A stretch of DNA of 36,987 nucleotides from Candidatus Methylomirabilia bacterium (lineage in GTDB: Bacteria > Methylomirabilota > Methylomirabilia > Methylomirabilales > 2-02-FULL-66-22), in contig JBGPQZ010000001.1 in the NCBI GenBank assembly GCA_041489335.1, forward strand, positions 1-36,987. The letters run 5' to 3'. Of the stretch, positions 7,389 to 16,090 are shown piece by piece. The notes under the pieces are model-generated. The model saw only the letters and a program-made list of their open reading frames with translations. It was not told the origin of the DNA and searched no databases. Position numbers and translations under genes: made by a program. How positions within the stretch are numbered: the stretch's first letter is position 1; every line of letters begins with the position of its first letter.

Positions 7389-8702
7389 ATGGCATGGGAA
7401 ACCGCCCTCTTTGTTTACGCCGGCTTGCTTGCCGTGCTCCTCCTCGGCGGCGTCCCCATCGGGGCGGCACTCGGTCTCACCGGCCTGACTGGCGTCACGC
7501 TGGTCGGCGGCACCCGCCTTTGGCCGACCCTCGGCAGTATCCTGTGGAACAACACCCAGTCCTTCACGCTGGTCGCTATTCCCCTCTTCGTCCTCATGGG
7601 CGAGATTATCCTCCGGACCGGCGTCTCGAAGAGGTTGTACGCGGCCCTCGCCACTATTCTGGGGCCGCTGCCCGGCGGCCTCGCCCACGCCAACATCGCC
7701 GGCTGTGCCGTGTTCGCGGCCCTCTCGGGCTCTTCGGTGGCGACCGCGCTGACGATAGGGACGGTGGCCCTTCCCGAGATGGAGGCCCGCGGCTACGATC
7801 GACAACTCACCGCCGGGTCGCTCGCCGCCGGGGGCACGCTCGGTATCCTCATCCCACCCAGCATTCCCATGATCATCTACGGGGCGATGGTGAATGAGTC
7901 GGTCGTGAACCTGTTCATCGCAGGGGTGATCCCAGGGATCTTGCTGTCCGCGATCTTCATGATCTACATCGCCATCCGCGTCAGTTTCTCGCCCCACCTT
8001 GCGCCGGCCGACCGCAGCATCCGGCTCGGGGCCAAGGTGGTGCTCCGCGCCCTCGGCGACTGCTGGGCGGTCGTCCTGCTGGTGGCCTCGATCATGGGCG
8101 GGATGTATCTCGGCCTGGTCACGCCGACAGAGGCCGCGGGCTTCGGTTGCTTGGTTGCCGCGCTCATCGGCCTGTGGTACCGGGAGCTGACGTGGACCAA
8201 CCTTGCTCAGGGGCTGCGCAACGCGGTGATCACCACCTGCACGGTCATGTTCATCATTGTGAACGGCTTGATCCTGAGCTTCGCCGTCGTGGACGGCGGG
8301 ATCGCACGGGGGGTGTCGAACGCCATCGTCAAGTCCCAGCTTACGGGCTGGCAGTTCTTCACGATCCTGTTCATCCTCTACCTGATCCTCGGCATGTTCA
8401 TCGAGGGCATCTCGATGATGCTCCTCACGGTGCCGGTCATTTACACCAGCGTCCTCGCCATCGGCCTCGACAGCGTCTGGTTCGGGGTCATCCTGGTCAT
8501 CTTTATCGAGCTGGCAGCGCTGACACCGCCCGTGGGGCTCAATCTGTTCGCCATCCAGTCGGTGTCCGGGGGATGGCCGATGACCCAGGTGGTGAAGGGG
8601 TCGCTACCATTCGCGGTGATCATCTCGTTGTTCTCGTACCTCTTGTTCATGTTCCCCGAGATCGCCCTTTGGCTGCCGAGAACCATAAACAACTATCACT
8701 GA
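7389..8702 (+). CDS. dctM: TRAP transporter large permease (DctM family)
   Basis: ORF 7365-8702. ATG 7389 (MAWETALFVYAGLL...) lies just after the dctQ stop. Long polytopic DctM-like sequence. Confidence 0.9.
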   Translation: MAWETALFVYAGLLAVLLLGGVPIGAALGLTGLTGVTLVGGTRLWPTLGSILWNNTQSFTLVAIPLFVLMGEIILRTGVSKRLYAALATILGPLPGGLAHANIAGCAVFAALSGSSVATALTIGTVALPEMEARGYDRQLTAGSLAAGGTLGILIPPSIPMIIYGAMVNESVVNLFIAGVIPGILLSAIFMIYIAIRVSFSPHLAPADRSIRLGAKVVLRALGDCWAVVLLVASIMGGMYLGLVTPTEAAGFGCLVAALIGLWYRELTWTNLAQGLRNAVITTCTVMFIIVNGLILSFAVVDGGIARGVSNAIVKSQLTGWQFFTILFILYLILGMFIEGISMMLLTVPVIYTSVLAIGLDSVWFGVILVIFIELAALTPPVGLNLFAIQSVSGGWPMTQVVKGSLPFAVIISLFSYLLFMFPEIALWLPRTINNYH

Positions 8703-8711
8703 GGCCAGGGA

Positions 8712-9542
8712 TCAGGACCCGAAACGGCGGAGAACACGTTCGACGAAGTCCCGCACCGACATGCCGCAGAGTGCCCCGAGGATGACCGCCCGCTGGTTGG
8801 CGTGGGAGATAATCCCCTCGTGGTAGGTTGAGCGCGCGTCGCCGATGCGGGCGCTGGTGTGGGCGACGGTCGCGGCGGCAATCGCCCGCTCATCGAGGGG
8901 GCCGAGGCGGCCGATGCCCGCCTGGTCGATGCCCACGCCGGCATCGTTGAAGATCGCGACCAGGGCATCCACGTTGAACGCCTTCACGCGCCGGCCGCCG
9001 ATGAGCCCGCCGTGAGAGCCGGTGATCACAATCTGGCCGGCGTCCTCGGCCTTCACCAGGGACGCCGAATCGATGCACACGACGCGGGGGCGGCCCGGCT
9101 TCTCCGAGATGATGAATCGGGTCTCCTCGTACGCCGGCGGCTTGCCACTCGGAAGCGGGGCCGCCTTCAGGCGGATGGCCGCCTGGGCGCAGGCCGTACC
9201 AGTCACGCAGCCCACCACCCGGGCGAGCGCGTTGGCGTGGCTGATGACGCCCCGGCGCAGCATGTCGGTCGCCTCGCCGATGCGGGCCGAGGTGTGCGAG
9301 ACCACGGCCGCCGCCATGCCCAACCGTTCACAATAGGAGAGACAGGCGATCCCGGCCGCCTCGCGCCCCACCCCGGCATCGTTCAGGATTACCGCCCGGG
9401 CCCCGCTGGCCGCCGCCTTGTAGGCCGCGTAGATGCCGCCGTGGGAGCTGGCGACCACTACGGCGCCCCGCGCCTCTGGACCAAGGTAGTTGACGCTATC
9501 GGCGAGCAGGATCTCTTCAGGGGTCCGCGATACGTCCGGCAT
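8712..9542 (-). CDS. Hypothetical protein built from two homologous ~145-aa halves; family not recognised
   Basis: 276 aa. Motifs SHGG, NDAGVG, (S/A)HTSARIG(E/D)A and G(V/I)ISHAN each occur twice at a constant ~145-residue offset. Confidence 0.7.
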   Translation of the reverse strand: MPDVSRTPEEILLADSVNYLGPEARGAVVVASSHGGIYAAYKAAASGARAVILNDAGVGREAAGIACLSYCERLGMAAAVVSHTSARIGEATDMLRRGVISHANALARVVGCVTGTACAQAAIRLKAAPLPSGKPPAYEETRFIISEKPGRPRVVCIDSASLVKAEDAGQIVITGSHGGLIGGRRVKAFNVDALVAIFNDAGVGIDQAGIGRLGPLDERAIAAATVAHTSARIGDARSTYHEGIISHANQRAVILGALCGMSVRDFVERVLRRFGS

Positions 9543-9782
9543 GTTCTGGCCTCCCTCGCTTCAGTCCAATTTGGTTCGCGTGTATCGCAGAATTTGCAGG
9601 AACGACAGGACAAAGGGAATCATACCGCATCGCGCGGCAGAAGGAAGTACGGATTGCCGCGTTGTGTGAAGAGTGACAAGAACCGTCGTCATTGTTTGAA
9701 TAGAGAAGACCTTGGCGCGGGCGATCTGACGACACCGACCGCAGGTGCCCCTGCCCCCCAGGGTTCGGAGGGAGGACGCAGG

Positions 9783-9977
9783 ATGACGGAGACTGGATTG
9801 GAGGCGACGGCCAGCCGGCTCCAGGAGCTCACCGCCGAGCCGGCTGAGATGGAGCGGGTGGCCAACGTCGTCCTCGCGACCAACGCCCGAGTGCTGGCGG
9901 CGGCCCGCGACCGCCTCACCTTCGAGGACGAGCCGGCCGGTTTCGACCTGGCCATGGCAAGGAGCGAGTTGCCATGA
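9783..9977 (+). CDS. Small AtzG/GatC-like (DUF4089-like) protein, probable amidase partner subunit
   Basis: 64 aa. ATG preceded by GGAGGGAGG. Stop overlaps the amidase ATG (ATGA). C-terminal RVANVVLATNARVLAAARDRLTFEDEPAGF resembles the AtzG-like pattern ...F.L.DD.EPA..F. Confidence 0.55.
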   Translation: MTETGLEATASRLQELTAEPAEMERVANVVLATNARVLAAARDRLTFEDEPAGFDLAMARSELP

Positions 9978-11401
9978 GCGGCGAGCGGGTGGAAGCCCTC
10001 TGCGATCTTGGCCTCTGCGAGGTTGCCGGGGCCATCGCGCGGCGCGAGGTCACCTCTGTCGCCGCGACCGCGGCCTGCCTAGCCCGCATCCGCCGCCTCG
10101 CCGATCACCTCAACTGTTTCCTTGCCGTTGAGGCGGATGCCGCCCTGGAGGCGGCGGAGCGGGCCGACGCCGCGCTTGCCCGCGGCAGTCCTCTTGGCCC
10201 GCTGCACGGAGTTCCGCTTGCCCACAAGGACCTGTTCTACCGGGCCGGGCATACCGTCACGTGCGGCTCCCGCATCCGCAAGGACTTCGTGCCCTCCGTC
10301 ACCGCGACCGTGATCGAGCGCCTGGAGCAGGCAGGCGCGGTCACGTTGGGCGCGCTCACCCTGGCCGAGTTCGCCATGGGCCCGACCGGCTGGAACGAGC
10401 ACTTCGGCCCCACCCGCAACCCGTGGAGCCTCGACCATGTCTCCGGGGGCTCCTCCAGCGGTTCGGCGGCCGCGGTGGCGGCTCGGCTGGCGTTTGGCTC
10501 CCTCGGCACCGACACGGGCGGCTCCATCCGCGTCCCCGCCGCCTTTTGCGGAGTCGTCGGACTCAAGCCGACGCAGGGCCGGGTCAGCCGGTTCGGTGTC
10601 ATGCCCCTCGCCCATTCGCTGGACTGCGTCAGCCCGCTCGCCCGCACGGCCCGGGACTGCGCCCGCCTGCTGTCCGTGATCGCGGGTAAAGACCCCCTGG
10701 ACCCGACGGCCAGCTCGGGGCCGGTCCCCGGCTACGAGGCCCGGCTCGACGGTGACATCCGTGGGCTCCGGGTGGCAGTGCCGAGGGCCCTTCATGATGA
10801 GGTCACGGACGAGGACATCCGTCGGGCTCTCACCGCCAGCCTCGACGTGCTGCGCGACCTCGGCGCCGTGATTGTTGAAGTGCCGGCGCCCGACCTCCCC
10901 CTGCTCAACACCCTCAACGGGGTCGTCTTCCTGTGCGAGGCGGCAACCATTCACGGGAACTGGCTGCGGACCCGGCGCGAAGACTACGGGCCGCAGGTGT
11001 GCGAGCGTCTGACGACGGGTCTGCTGTATCCGGCCACCCGCTATCTCGAGGCCCTGTCCCTGCGCGGGCGGTTGCTGACGGAGTTCGTCTCCCGGGTGCT
11101 CGGCGAGGCCGATCTTCTCCACCTCCCGGCGGTTCCCACAACCGCACCAACCGTGACTGAGGCCTCGACGCGGGATGTGGCAGCGGCACTTACACACAAC
11201 GCACGGCTCACGCCCTTCACGCCCTTCGCCAACTACCTGGGCCTGCCAGTGATCGCAGTGCCGGCGGGATTTGCTGGGGGGAGCCTTCCTGTGGGGTTCC
11301 AGCTCATGGCTCGGCCGTTCGCCGAGGGGCTGCTACTCAAGGTCGCCGATACCTATCAACGGGCGACGGACTGGCACGCAAAGAATCCCCCTATCCACTG
11401 A
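9974..11401 (+). CDS. Amidase-signature family amidohydrolase (GatA/AtzE-like)
   Basis: 475 aa. GGSSSGSAAAVAARLAFGSLGTDTGGSIRVPAAFCGVVGLKPT is the amidase signature. Confidence 0.9.
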   Translation: MSGERVEALCDLGLCEVAGAIARREVTSVAATAACLARIRRLADHLNCFLAVEADAALEAAERADAALARGSPLGPLHGVPLAHKDLFYRAGHTVTCGSRIRKDFVPSVTATVIERLEQAGAVTLGALTLAEFAMGPTGWNEHFGPTRNPWSLDHVSGGSSSGSAAAVAARLAFGSLGTDTGGSIRVPAAFCGVVGLKPTQGRVSRFGVMPLAHSLDCVSPLARTARDCARLLSVIAGKDPLDPTASSGPVPGYEARLDGDIRGLRVAVPRALHDEVTDEDIRRALTASLDVLRDLGAVIVEVPAPDLPLLNTLNGVVFLCEAATIHGNWLRTRREDYGPQVCERLTTGLLYPATRYLEALSLRGRLLTEFVSRVLGEADLLHLPAVPTTAPTVTEASTRDVAAALTHNARLTPFTPFANYLGLPVIAVPAGFAGGSLPVGFQLMARPFAEGLLLKVADTYQRATDWHAKNPPIH

Positions 11402-11470
11402 CCGGCCCGGACCTATCGCCGAAGAAAAGGTTGCGCAAACAGCTCGATTTCCGTTTATCGCTAGAGTTGG

Positions 11471-12169
11471 CTACGGCAGGCTGATGGAAGTGAGGCCGAG
11501 GAAGGGGGCCTGGTCGATGGCGGTACCGGGGGGGATGGTGAGGAAGTCGGGGCCATCCCACGGGCCCGAGATGAGCCGGCGGAGGTAGTCGAGGTCGCCG
11601 GGAATCTCCTCGTAGCGCATGCCGAAGGTCTCGGCGAACTCCCTGGCGTGGGCCCGGCCCGCCTCCATGTCGCCCGCCCCGTGGTTGATTAGGGCCACGC
11701 GCTTGTAGTGCTTCAGGCACTCCTCCGCGATGTAGCGCGCGTCCTCCTCGCCGTACTTGGGCAGGTACTCGTTCTGGTACGCGGAGAACGTCGTCGTCCC
11801 GTACTTGGCCCAGCCGGGCGTGATGTAGTAGGTCCCCGCGCAGGCGTTGACCTCGGCCTCGTACCGCGCCACCGAGCCCAAGAGGAGGGCGATGCAGTCG
11901 TGGACCTTGGGCATGACGAGGCGAGCCTGCCGCGCGCTGACCCCCACCACGCCATTGCTGCACAGGCCGTAGCCCAGGATCACCAGCTCGGCGTCGGCGG
12001 ACAAGCCGTCCACGACCTGCTGGATCGTCTCCGGCATCTTGCCCGGCGTGCGGTGGAGGCCCTGCTCCAGGTACGTGCGTGGAAGATCGGGCGGGCACAC
12101 CGCCTCGAACTCGTCCCGGAACACCTCACACGCGATCAGATGGTGCTTGCCGTTCGATCCCGAGGACAT
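11471..12169 (-). CDS. DUF1638-like protein (unknown function, typically next to corrinoid methyltransferase genes)
   Basis: 232 aa. IACEVFRDE, GYGLCSNG and HDCIALLLGS motifs and the genomic context match my memory of the family. Needs HMM confirmation. Confidence 0.65.
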   Translation of the reverse strand: MSSGSNGKHHLIACEVFRDEFEAVCPPDLPRTYLEQGLHRTPGKMPETIQQVVDGLSADAELVILGYGLCSNGVVGVSARQARLVMPKVHDCIALLLGSVARYEAEVNACAGTYYITPGWAKYGTTTFSAYQNEYLPKYGEEDARYIAEECLKHYKRVALINHGAGDMEAGRAHAREFAETFGMRYEEIPGDLDYLRRLISGPWDGPDFLTIPPGTAIDQAPFLGLTSISLP

Positions 12170-12210
12170 CAGCGATCCACCGCGTGTTTCCTGGTGCTTT
12201 GTCTGAACCT

Positions 12211-12277
12211 GGCCATTAGCCCTTGGCCGTTGGCCTTTGGCGCCGAGCTAATGGCTAATGGCCAACGGCTAACGGCT
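12211..12277. repeat. Word-repeat cluster (ggcca/ctaatgg words) with internal complements
   Basis: ggccattagcc 12211-12221 vs ggctaatggcc 12253-12263. ggccgttggcc 12225-12235 vs ggccaacggc 12260-12269. gctaatg x2 at 12247-12260. Confidence 0.85.
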
Positions 12278-12282
12278 GTCTT

Positions 12283-13416
12283 TCAGTACTTCCCGAACTC
12301 CCGCGCGGCCTCGATCATGGCCAGGATGTTCTCCGGCGGCACCTCGGCCTGCACGTTGTGCACCGAGCCCAGGACGTAGCCGCCGCCCGGCCCGAGATCG
12401 GCGATGCGCTGCCGCACCTCTGTGCGCACCTCGGCCGGCGTGCCCCGCGGGAGGATGCGGTGCGTGTCGATGGCGCCCCAGAAGGTGATGTCCTTGCCGA
12501 ATTCCTTCTTCAGGCGCGCCGTGTCCATGTCCCTGGCCGTGACCTGGATGGGGTGCAGCGCGTCGAAGCCCGCCTCGACGAAGTCCGGGATGAAGGCCGC
12601 CACCGAGCCGCAGCTGTGCAGAAGGATGGGCTTGTCGAACCGTTTCACCACCTGCACCATCTGCGCATGGTACGGCTTGAGCAGACGCCGGTAGAGGGCG
12701 GGGTTCATCACCGGCCCCTGCTGCGTCCCCAGGTCGTCCCCGATCATGACGAGATCCACCAGGTCCCCGACCTCGGCGAGCGCCCGCTCGGTCAGGCGGA
12801 CCCAGAAGTCCACGTACCGCTCCAGGAACGCCTGCACGAACTCGGGGGCGGCGATGAGGTCCTCGAGCGCAGCCGCGTAGCCGCGCATGAACTGGATCTG
12901 GTGGACCGGCCCCACGCCCAGAACCAGGATGATGGCCGCATCGGAGGCGGCCCGCAGCCGCTCCGCCTGGCTCCGCAGGGTGCGGAAGCGCCCCGGGTCC
13001 AGCGGATCCGGCCAGGGGAACGACTCGATCAGGGCCGGCTCGGGCTCGCGATCGGCAAACGGGCCGTCCGCATTGATATAGTGGCGGCCCTCGCCCAGGT
13101 GCTTCCAGAGGACCTGCCACTCGTCGGTGAGCGAGCCGTCGGGCAGTTCCCGCTCGGGACTCGCGTCAGGACTGCCCAGGATCACCGCCCGGCAGTCCAC
13201 GTCCAGGCGCTGGAGGAGGCGCTCGTCCGGCAGGACGCTGTTCGACCGGCGCGACAGGAACGCCACCGGTGAGTCCGCCTCGAACCCCAGGTGGAGCATC
13301 AGGGCACGATAGGCGTGAATGTTGATCGTGCTCGCCAGCGTGCCGCCCAGGTCCACCGGGACCCGGTCCGGTTCCTCTCGCCTGAGCGTGGTGAGCACGC
13401 GCTCTCGATGGGTCAT
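12283..13416 (-). CDS. Uroporphyrinogen-decarboxylase-family methyltransferase (MtaA/CmuA-like)
   Basis: 377 aa. UroD-fold-like sequence with an LLHSCGS (H-x-C-G Zn-ligand-type) motif. Adjacent to the corrinoid protein gene. Confidence 0.8.
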   Translation of the reverse strand: MTHRERVLTTLRREEPDRVPVDLGGTLASTINIHAYRALMLHLGFEADSPVAFLSRRSNSVLPDERLLQRLDVDCRAVILGSPDASPERELPDGSLTDEWQVLWKHLGEGRHYINADGPFADREPEPALIESFPWPDPLDPGRFRTLRSQAERLRAASDAAIILVLGVGPVHQIQFMRGYAAALEDLIAAPEFVQAFLERYVDFWVRLTERALAEVGDLVDLVMIGDDLGTQQGPVMNPALYRRLLKPYHAQMVQVVKRFDKPILLHSCGSVAAFIPDFVEAGFDALHPIQVTARDMDTARLKKEFGKDITFWGAIDTHRILPRGTPAEVRTEVRQRIADLGPGGGYVLGSVHNVQAEVPPENILAMIEAAREFGKY

Positions 13417-13465
13417 CCTGCTCTCCTCCCCTACACGCGCCGGAGATTCCCGGCCGGCTCGGGGA

Positions 13466-14101
13466 TCAGGCGATCCCCAAGAGCTCCTTCGCCACGTCCA
13501 CGGCCACCGCCGCGCTCTCGCCGTACCCGTCGGCGCCGACTTCGTCCGCGAAGCTCTGGGTGACCGGCGCGCCGCCGATCATGACCTTCACCTTCTTGCG
13601 GAGGTCGGCCCGCTCCAGCGCGGCGAGGACGTCCTTCATCCCCAGCATGGTGGTGGTGAGCAGGGTGGAGACGCCCAGGATCTGCGCCTTGTGGTCCTTC
13701 ACCGCCTGCACGAACTTCTCCGGCGCCACGTCGGCCCCGAGGTCCACGACCTCGAACCCCGCCCCCTCGAGCATCATGCAGACCAGGTTCTTGCCGATGT
13801 CGTGCAGGTCGCCCTTCACCGTTCCCATCACCACCACCGCGACGGGCTTGACCCCCGTCTGCGTGAGCAGCGGCTTCAGCATCGCCAGGGATTTCTTCAT
13901 GGCGCGGGCGGCCACCAGCACCTCGGGGACGTACACCTCGTTGCACCGGAACTTCTCCCCGACGAGCTGCATGGCCGGCACCAGCGCCTCGTTCAGGATC
14001 TTCTGCGGCGAGTGCCCCGCCTGGATGGCCACCTCGGTCAGGAGATTGCAGCCCTTGACGTCGCCAGCGATCACCGCTTCCTTGAGTGCGTTCAGATCCA
14101 T
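13466..14101 (-). CDS. Corrinoid (B12-binding) protein of a methyltransferase system
   Basis: ORF 13466-14152. ATG 14101 (MDLNALKEAV...) is preferred and follows GAAGGGGG. DLHDIGKNLV matches the DxHxxG cobalamin-binding motif in a Rossmann-like C-terminal domain. Confidence 0.85.
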   Translation of the reverse strand: MDLNALKEAVIAGDVKGCNLLTEVAIQAGHSPQKILNEALVPAMQLVGEKFRCNEVYVPEVLVAARAMKKSLAMLKPLLTQTGVKPVAVVVMGTVKGDLHDIGKNLVCMMLEGAGFEVVDLGADVAPEKFVQAVKDHKAQILGVSTLLTTTMLGMKDVLAALERADLRKKVKVMIGGAPVTQSFADEVGADGYGESAAVAVDVAKELLGIA

Positions 14102-14234
14102 GGTCGCCCCCTTCACGAGTTTCCTCGCCAACGCGCCGTGACGTTTGACCACGACTTTATCGCGTAGGATAGCATACGGGACCAGCGCGAATCACGCTTT
14201 GACTGCTCGACCGAACCTCTGGGGCGGGCCGGGA

Positions 14235-14264
14235 GGGTGAGTGATCCGCAGATTACGCAGATTC
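14235..14264. repeat. gcagatt-word element
   Basis: gggtgagtgatccgcagattacgcagattc. Near identical in layout to 18160-18178 (gggtgagggattgcagatt) and to 4060-4080. Confidence 0.85.
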
Positions 14265-14444
14265 AGAAAACGGAGACGGGAAAGGCCCCCACGGGGGATG
14301 TCGTGCCTGTGTCACTCGATGAGGAAGAATCGCGGCTTCGGATTGTCCGCAAGTACGTCCAAGAATCTTCTTCCGGATGCCTTTTCCGCCGCTTCGGCGT
14401 ATCGTTTGGCACCGTTCCCATCCTGGGACAGGAGGGTGTGACGC

Positions 14445-15677
14445 ATGCCGTTGCCGAAGCTCGTCCGGGTCAAGCAACAGTTCGACCGCGCCAGACTGGA
14501 AGACGCTTGCGGAGCCGTCAGCGCCGGCCTCAGTGTGCTCGGGTTGCAGGAGAGACTCAAGCCCGGCGCCCGCATCGCCATCACCGCCGGCAGCCGCGGG
14601 ATCCAACATCTCGTCGGGATGACCCGCGCGGCCGTGGATTGGGTCAAGGCCGCGGGCGGGCAGCCCTTCATCGTGCCGGCCATGGGCAGCCATGGCGGCG
14701 CCACGGACGAGGGCCAGAAACGGCTCCTGGCCGACCTGGGGATCTCCGAGATGACCATGGGCTGCCCCGTCGTCTCCTCCATGACCGTCGAGGAGATCGG
14801 TCGGACCCCATCCGGCGCCTCCGTCTACCTCGACAGGAACGCCCTCCATGCCGACGGCATCATCGCCATCAACCGGGTCAAGCTCCACACCATCTTTCGC
14901 GGCGACGTGGAAAGCGGCCTCTGCAAGATCCTGGCGGTGGGCCTGGGGAAGCACAGGGGGGCGCAGCAGATTCACAAGATCGGCACCCAACCGTTCCTGG
15001 TCGAGACCGCCCGGGTGATCCTGGCCAAGGCCCCGATCCTCGCCGGCGTGGCGGTGCTGGAGAACTCCCTGGACGAGACCATGGAGATCCACGTGGTGCC
15101 GCCGGAACGGTTCGAGGAGACGGATGCGGCGCTCCTGAAGCGGTGCTGGCACGTGCTCCCCCGCGTGCCATTCGACCCGCTGGACGTCCTGGTCGTGGAC
15201 GAGATGGGCAAGAACATCAGCGGGACCGGCATAGACACGAACGTCATCGGGGTCGGGGGGCGCATCGCCGGAAAAATCACGATGGGGAATCCTTTCGTCT
15301 CCGCCGTCGTGGTGCTGGGTCTGACCCCCGAGACCCACGGGAACGCCAACGGCATCGGCATGGCCGATCTCACCACCCGGCGGCTCGTGGATGCCATCGA
15401 CTACAAATCGACCTACACCAACGTGCTGACGACGCGGCTCTGGTCGGCGGGCAAGTTGCCCCTCGTCTTCGACACCGACCGCGAAGCCATTGAGATGGCC
15501 GTGGGTGATGCACCTTTGAACGAGCTCCGCCTTGTCCGGATCAAGGACACGTTGCACCTGGAGGAGCTGGAGATCTCCGAGGCGCTCCTCCCCGAGGTGA
15601 AGAAGCTCGGCCTGATCGTCCTTGGCGAGTCTAGGGAGATGATTTTCGACGCGGCGGGACGGATCGAGCCCTTCTGA
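14445..15677 (+). CDS. LarA-N-terminal-like (DUF2088-type) protein, possible nickel-pincer-dependent 2-hydroxyacid racemase/epimerase homologue
   Basis: 410 aa. ARIAITAGSRG...IVPAMGSHGGAT and HTIFRGDVESGLCKILAVGLGKHRGAQQIH parallel the LarA segments SSDHTRP...VATGFHR and HFFAGFSGGRKSVLPG...H. Assignment is from memory only. Confidence 0.55.
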   Translation: MPLPKLVRVKQQFDRARLEDACGAVSAGLSVLGLQERLKPGARIAITAGSRGIQHLVGMTRAAVDWVKAAGGQPFIVPAMGSHGGATDEGQKRLLADLGISEMTMGCPVVSSMTVEEIGRTPSGASVYLDRNALHADGIIAINRVKLHTIFRGDVESGLCKILAVGLGKHRGAQQIHKIGTQPFLVETARVILAKAPILAGVAVLENSLDETMEIHVVPPERFEETDAALLKRCWHVLPRVPFDPLDVLVVDEMGKNISGTGIDTNVIGVGGRIAGKITMGNPFVSAVVVLGLTPETHGNANGIGMADLTTRRLVDAIDYKSTYTNVLTTRLWSAGKLPLVFDTDREAIEMAVGDAPLNELRLVRIKDTLHLEELEISEALLPEVKKLGLIVLGESREMIFDAAGRIEPF

Positions 15678-15678
15678 T

Positions 15679-15790
15679 GGATTGCAGATTGCCGATTGAA
15701 GGGGCGACGGGCGACGGCTCAACCTGAAGCCGAGAATCTACGATCTGAGATGGCCAAAAGCTAACGGCCAATGGCCAACGACTAAAGGCC
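15679..15790. repeat. Composite word-repeat spacer
   Basis: ggattgcagatt 15679-15690 (identical to 18167-18178). gcgacgg x2 at 15704-15717. aatggccaacg 15770-15780 (identical to 12257-12267). Confidence 0.85.
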
Positions 15791-15814
15791 AGTCTGGAAC
15801 GGGAGAGGAAACCG

Positions 15815-16090
15815 ATGGCGACGAAGCCGGTAGTCATCTCGATCAACGACAATCTGTGCAAGGGGGCCGATGGCTGCGGCATCTGCCTGGCCCTGTGCCC
15901 CAAGGACGTCTTCAAGATCTCGGAACGCCTGACCGCCCGCGGCATCCGCCCGCCCCAGGTGGACAAGATCACGGCCTGCACCGACTGCGGCAACTGCATG
16001 ATCTACTGCCCGGACATGGCCATCGTGGTGCGGCTTGAGGAAATGCCCGAAGCCGCCGCCGCGGTTGAACAGGTGCAGCCATCTCAATGA
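15815..16090 (+). CDS. 2-oxoacid:ferredoxin oxidoreductase delta subunit (2x[4Fe-4S] ferredoxin-like)
   Basis: 91 aa. Cys clusters CKGADGCGICLALCP and CTDCGNCMIYCP. Directly upstream of the alpha and beta subunits. Confidence 0.8.
   Translation: MATKPVVISINDNLCKGADGCGICLALCPKDVFKISERLTARGIRPPQVDKITACTDCGNCMIYCPDMAIVVRLEEMPEAAAAVEQVQPSQ

Noticed and set aside
14102-14444. Cobalamin riboswitch upstream of the corrinoid-protein operon
   Set aside because: I could not find a B12-box-like sequence (gccact-type core) or the expected conserved helices on either strand of the divergent spacer. A covariance-model scan would be needed to exclude one fully.
14253-15722. 489-aa minus-strand ORF, and similar long ORFs at 16170-17339 (-), 28415-29692 (+), 31364-33121 (+), 10079-11197 (-) and 18745-19824 (-)
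   Set aside because: Each is antisense to a gene with unambiguous family motifs (LarA-like, oxidoreductase alpha subunit, ACAD, etfA, amidase, sucC). All have low-complexity R/G/P/A/H composition and no recognisable domains.
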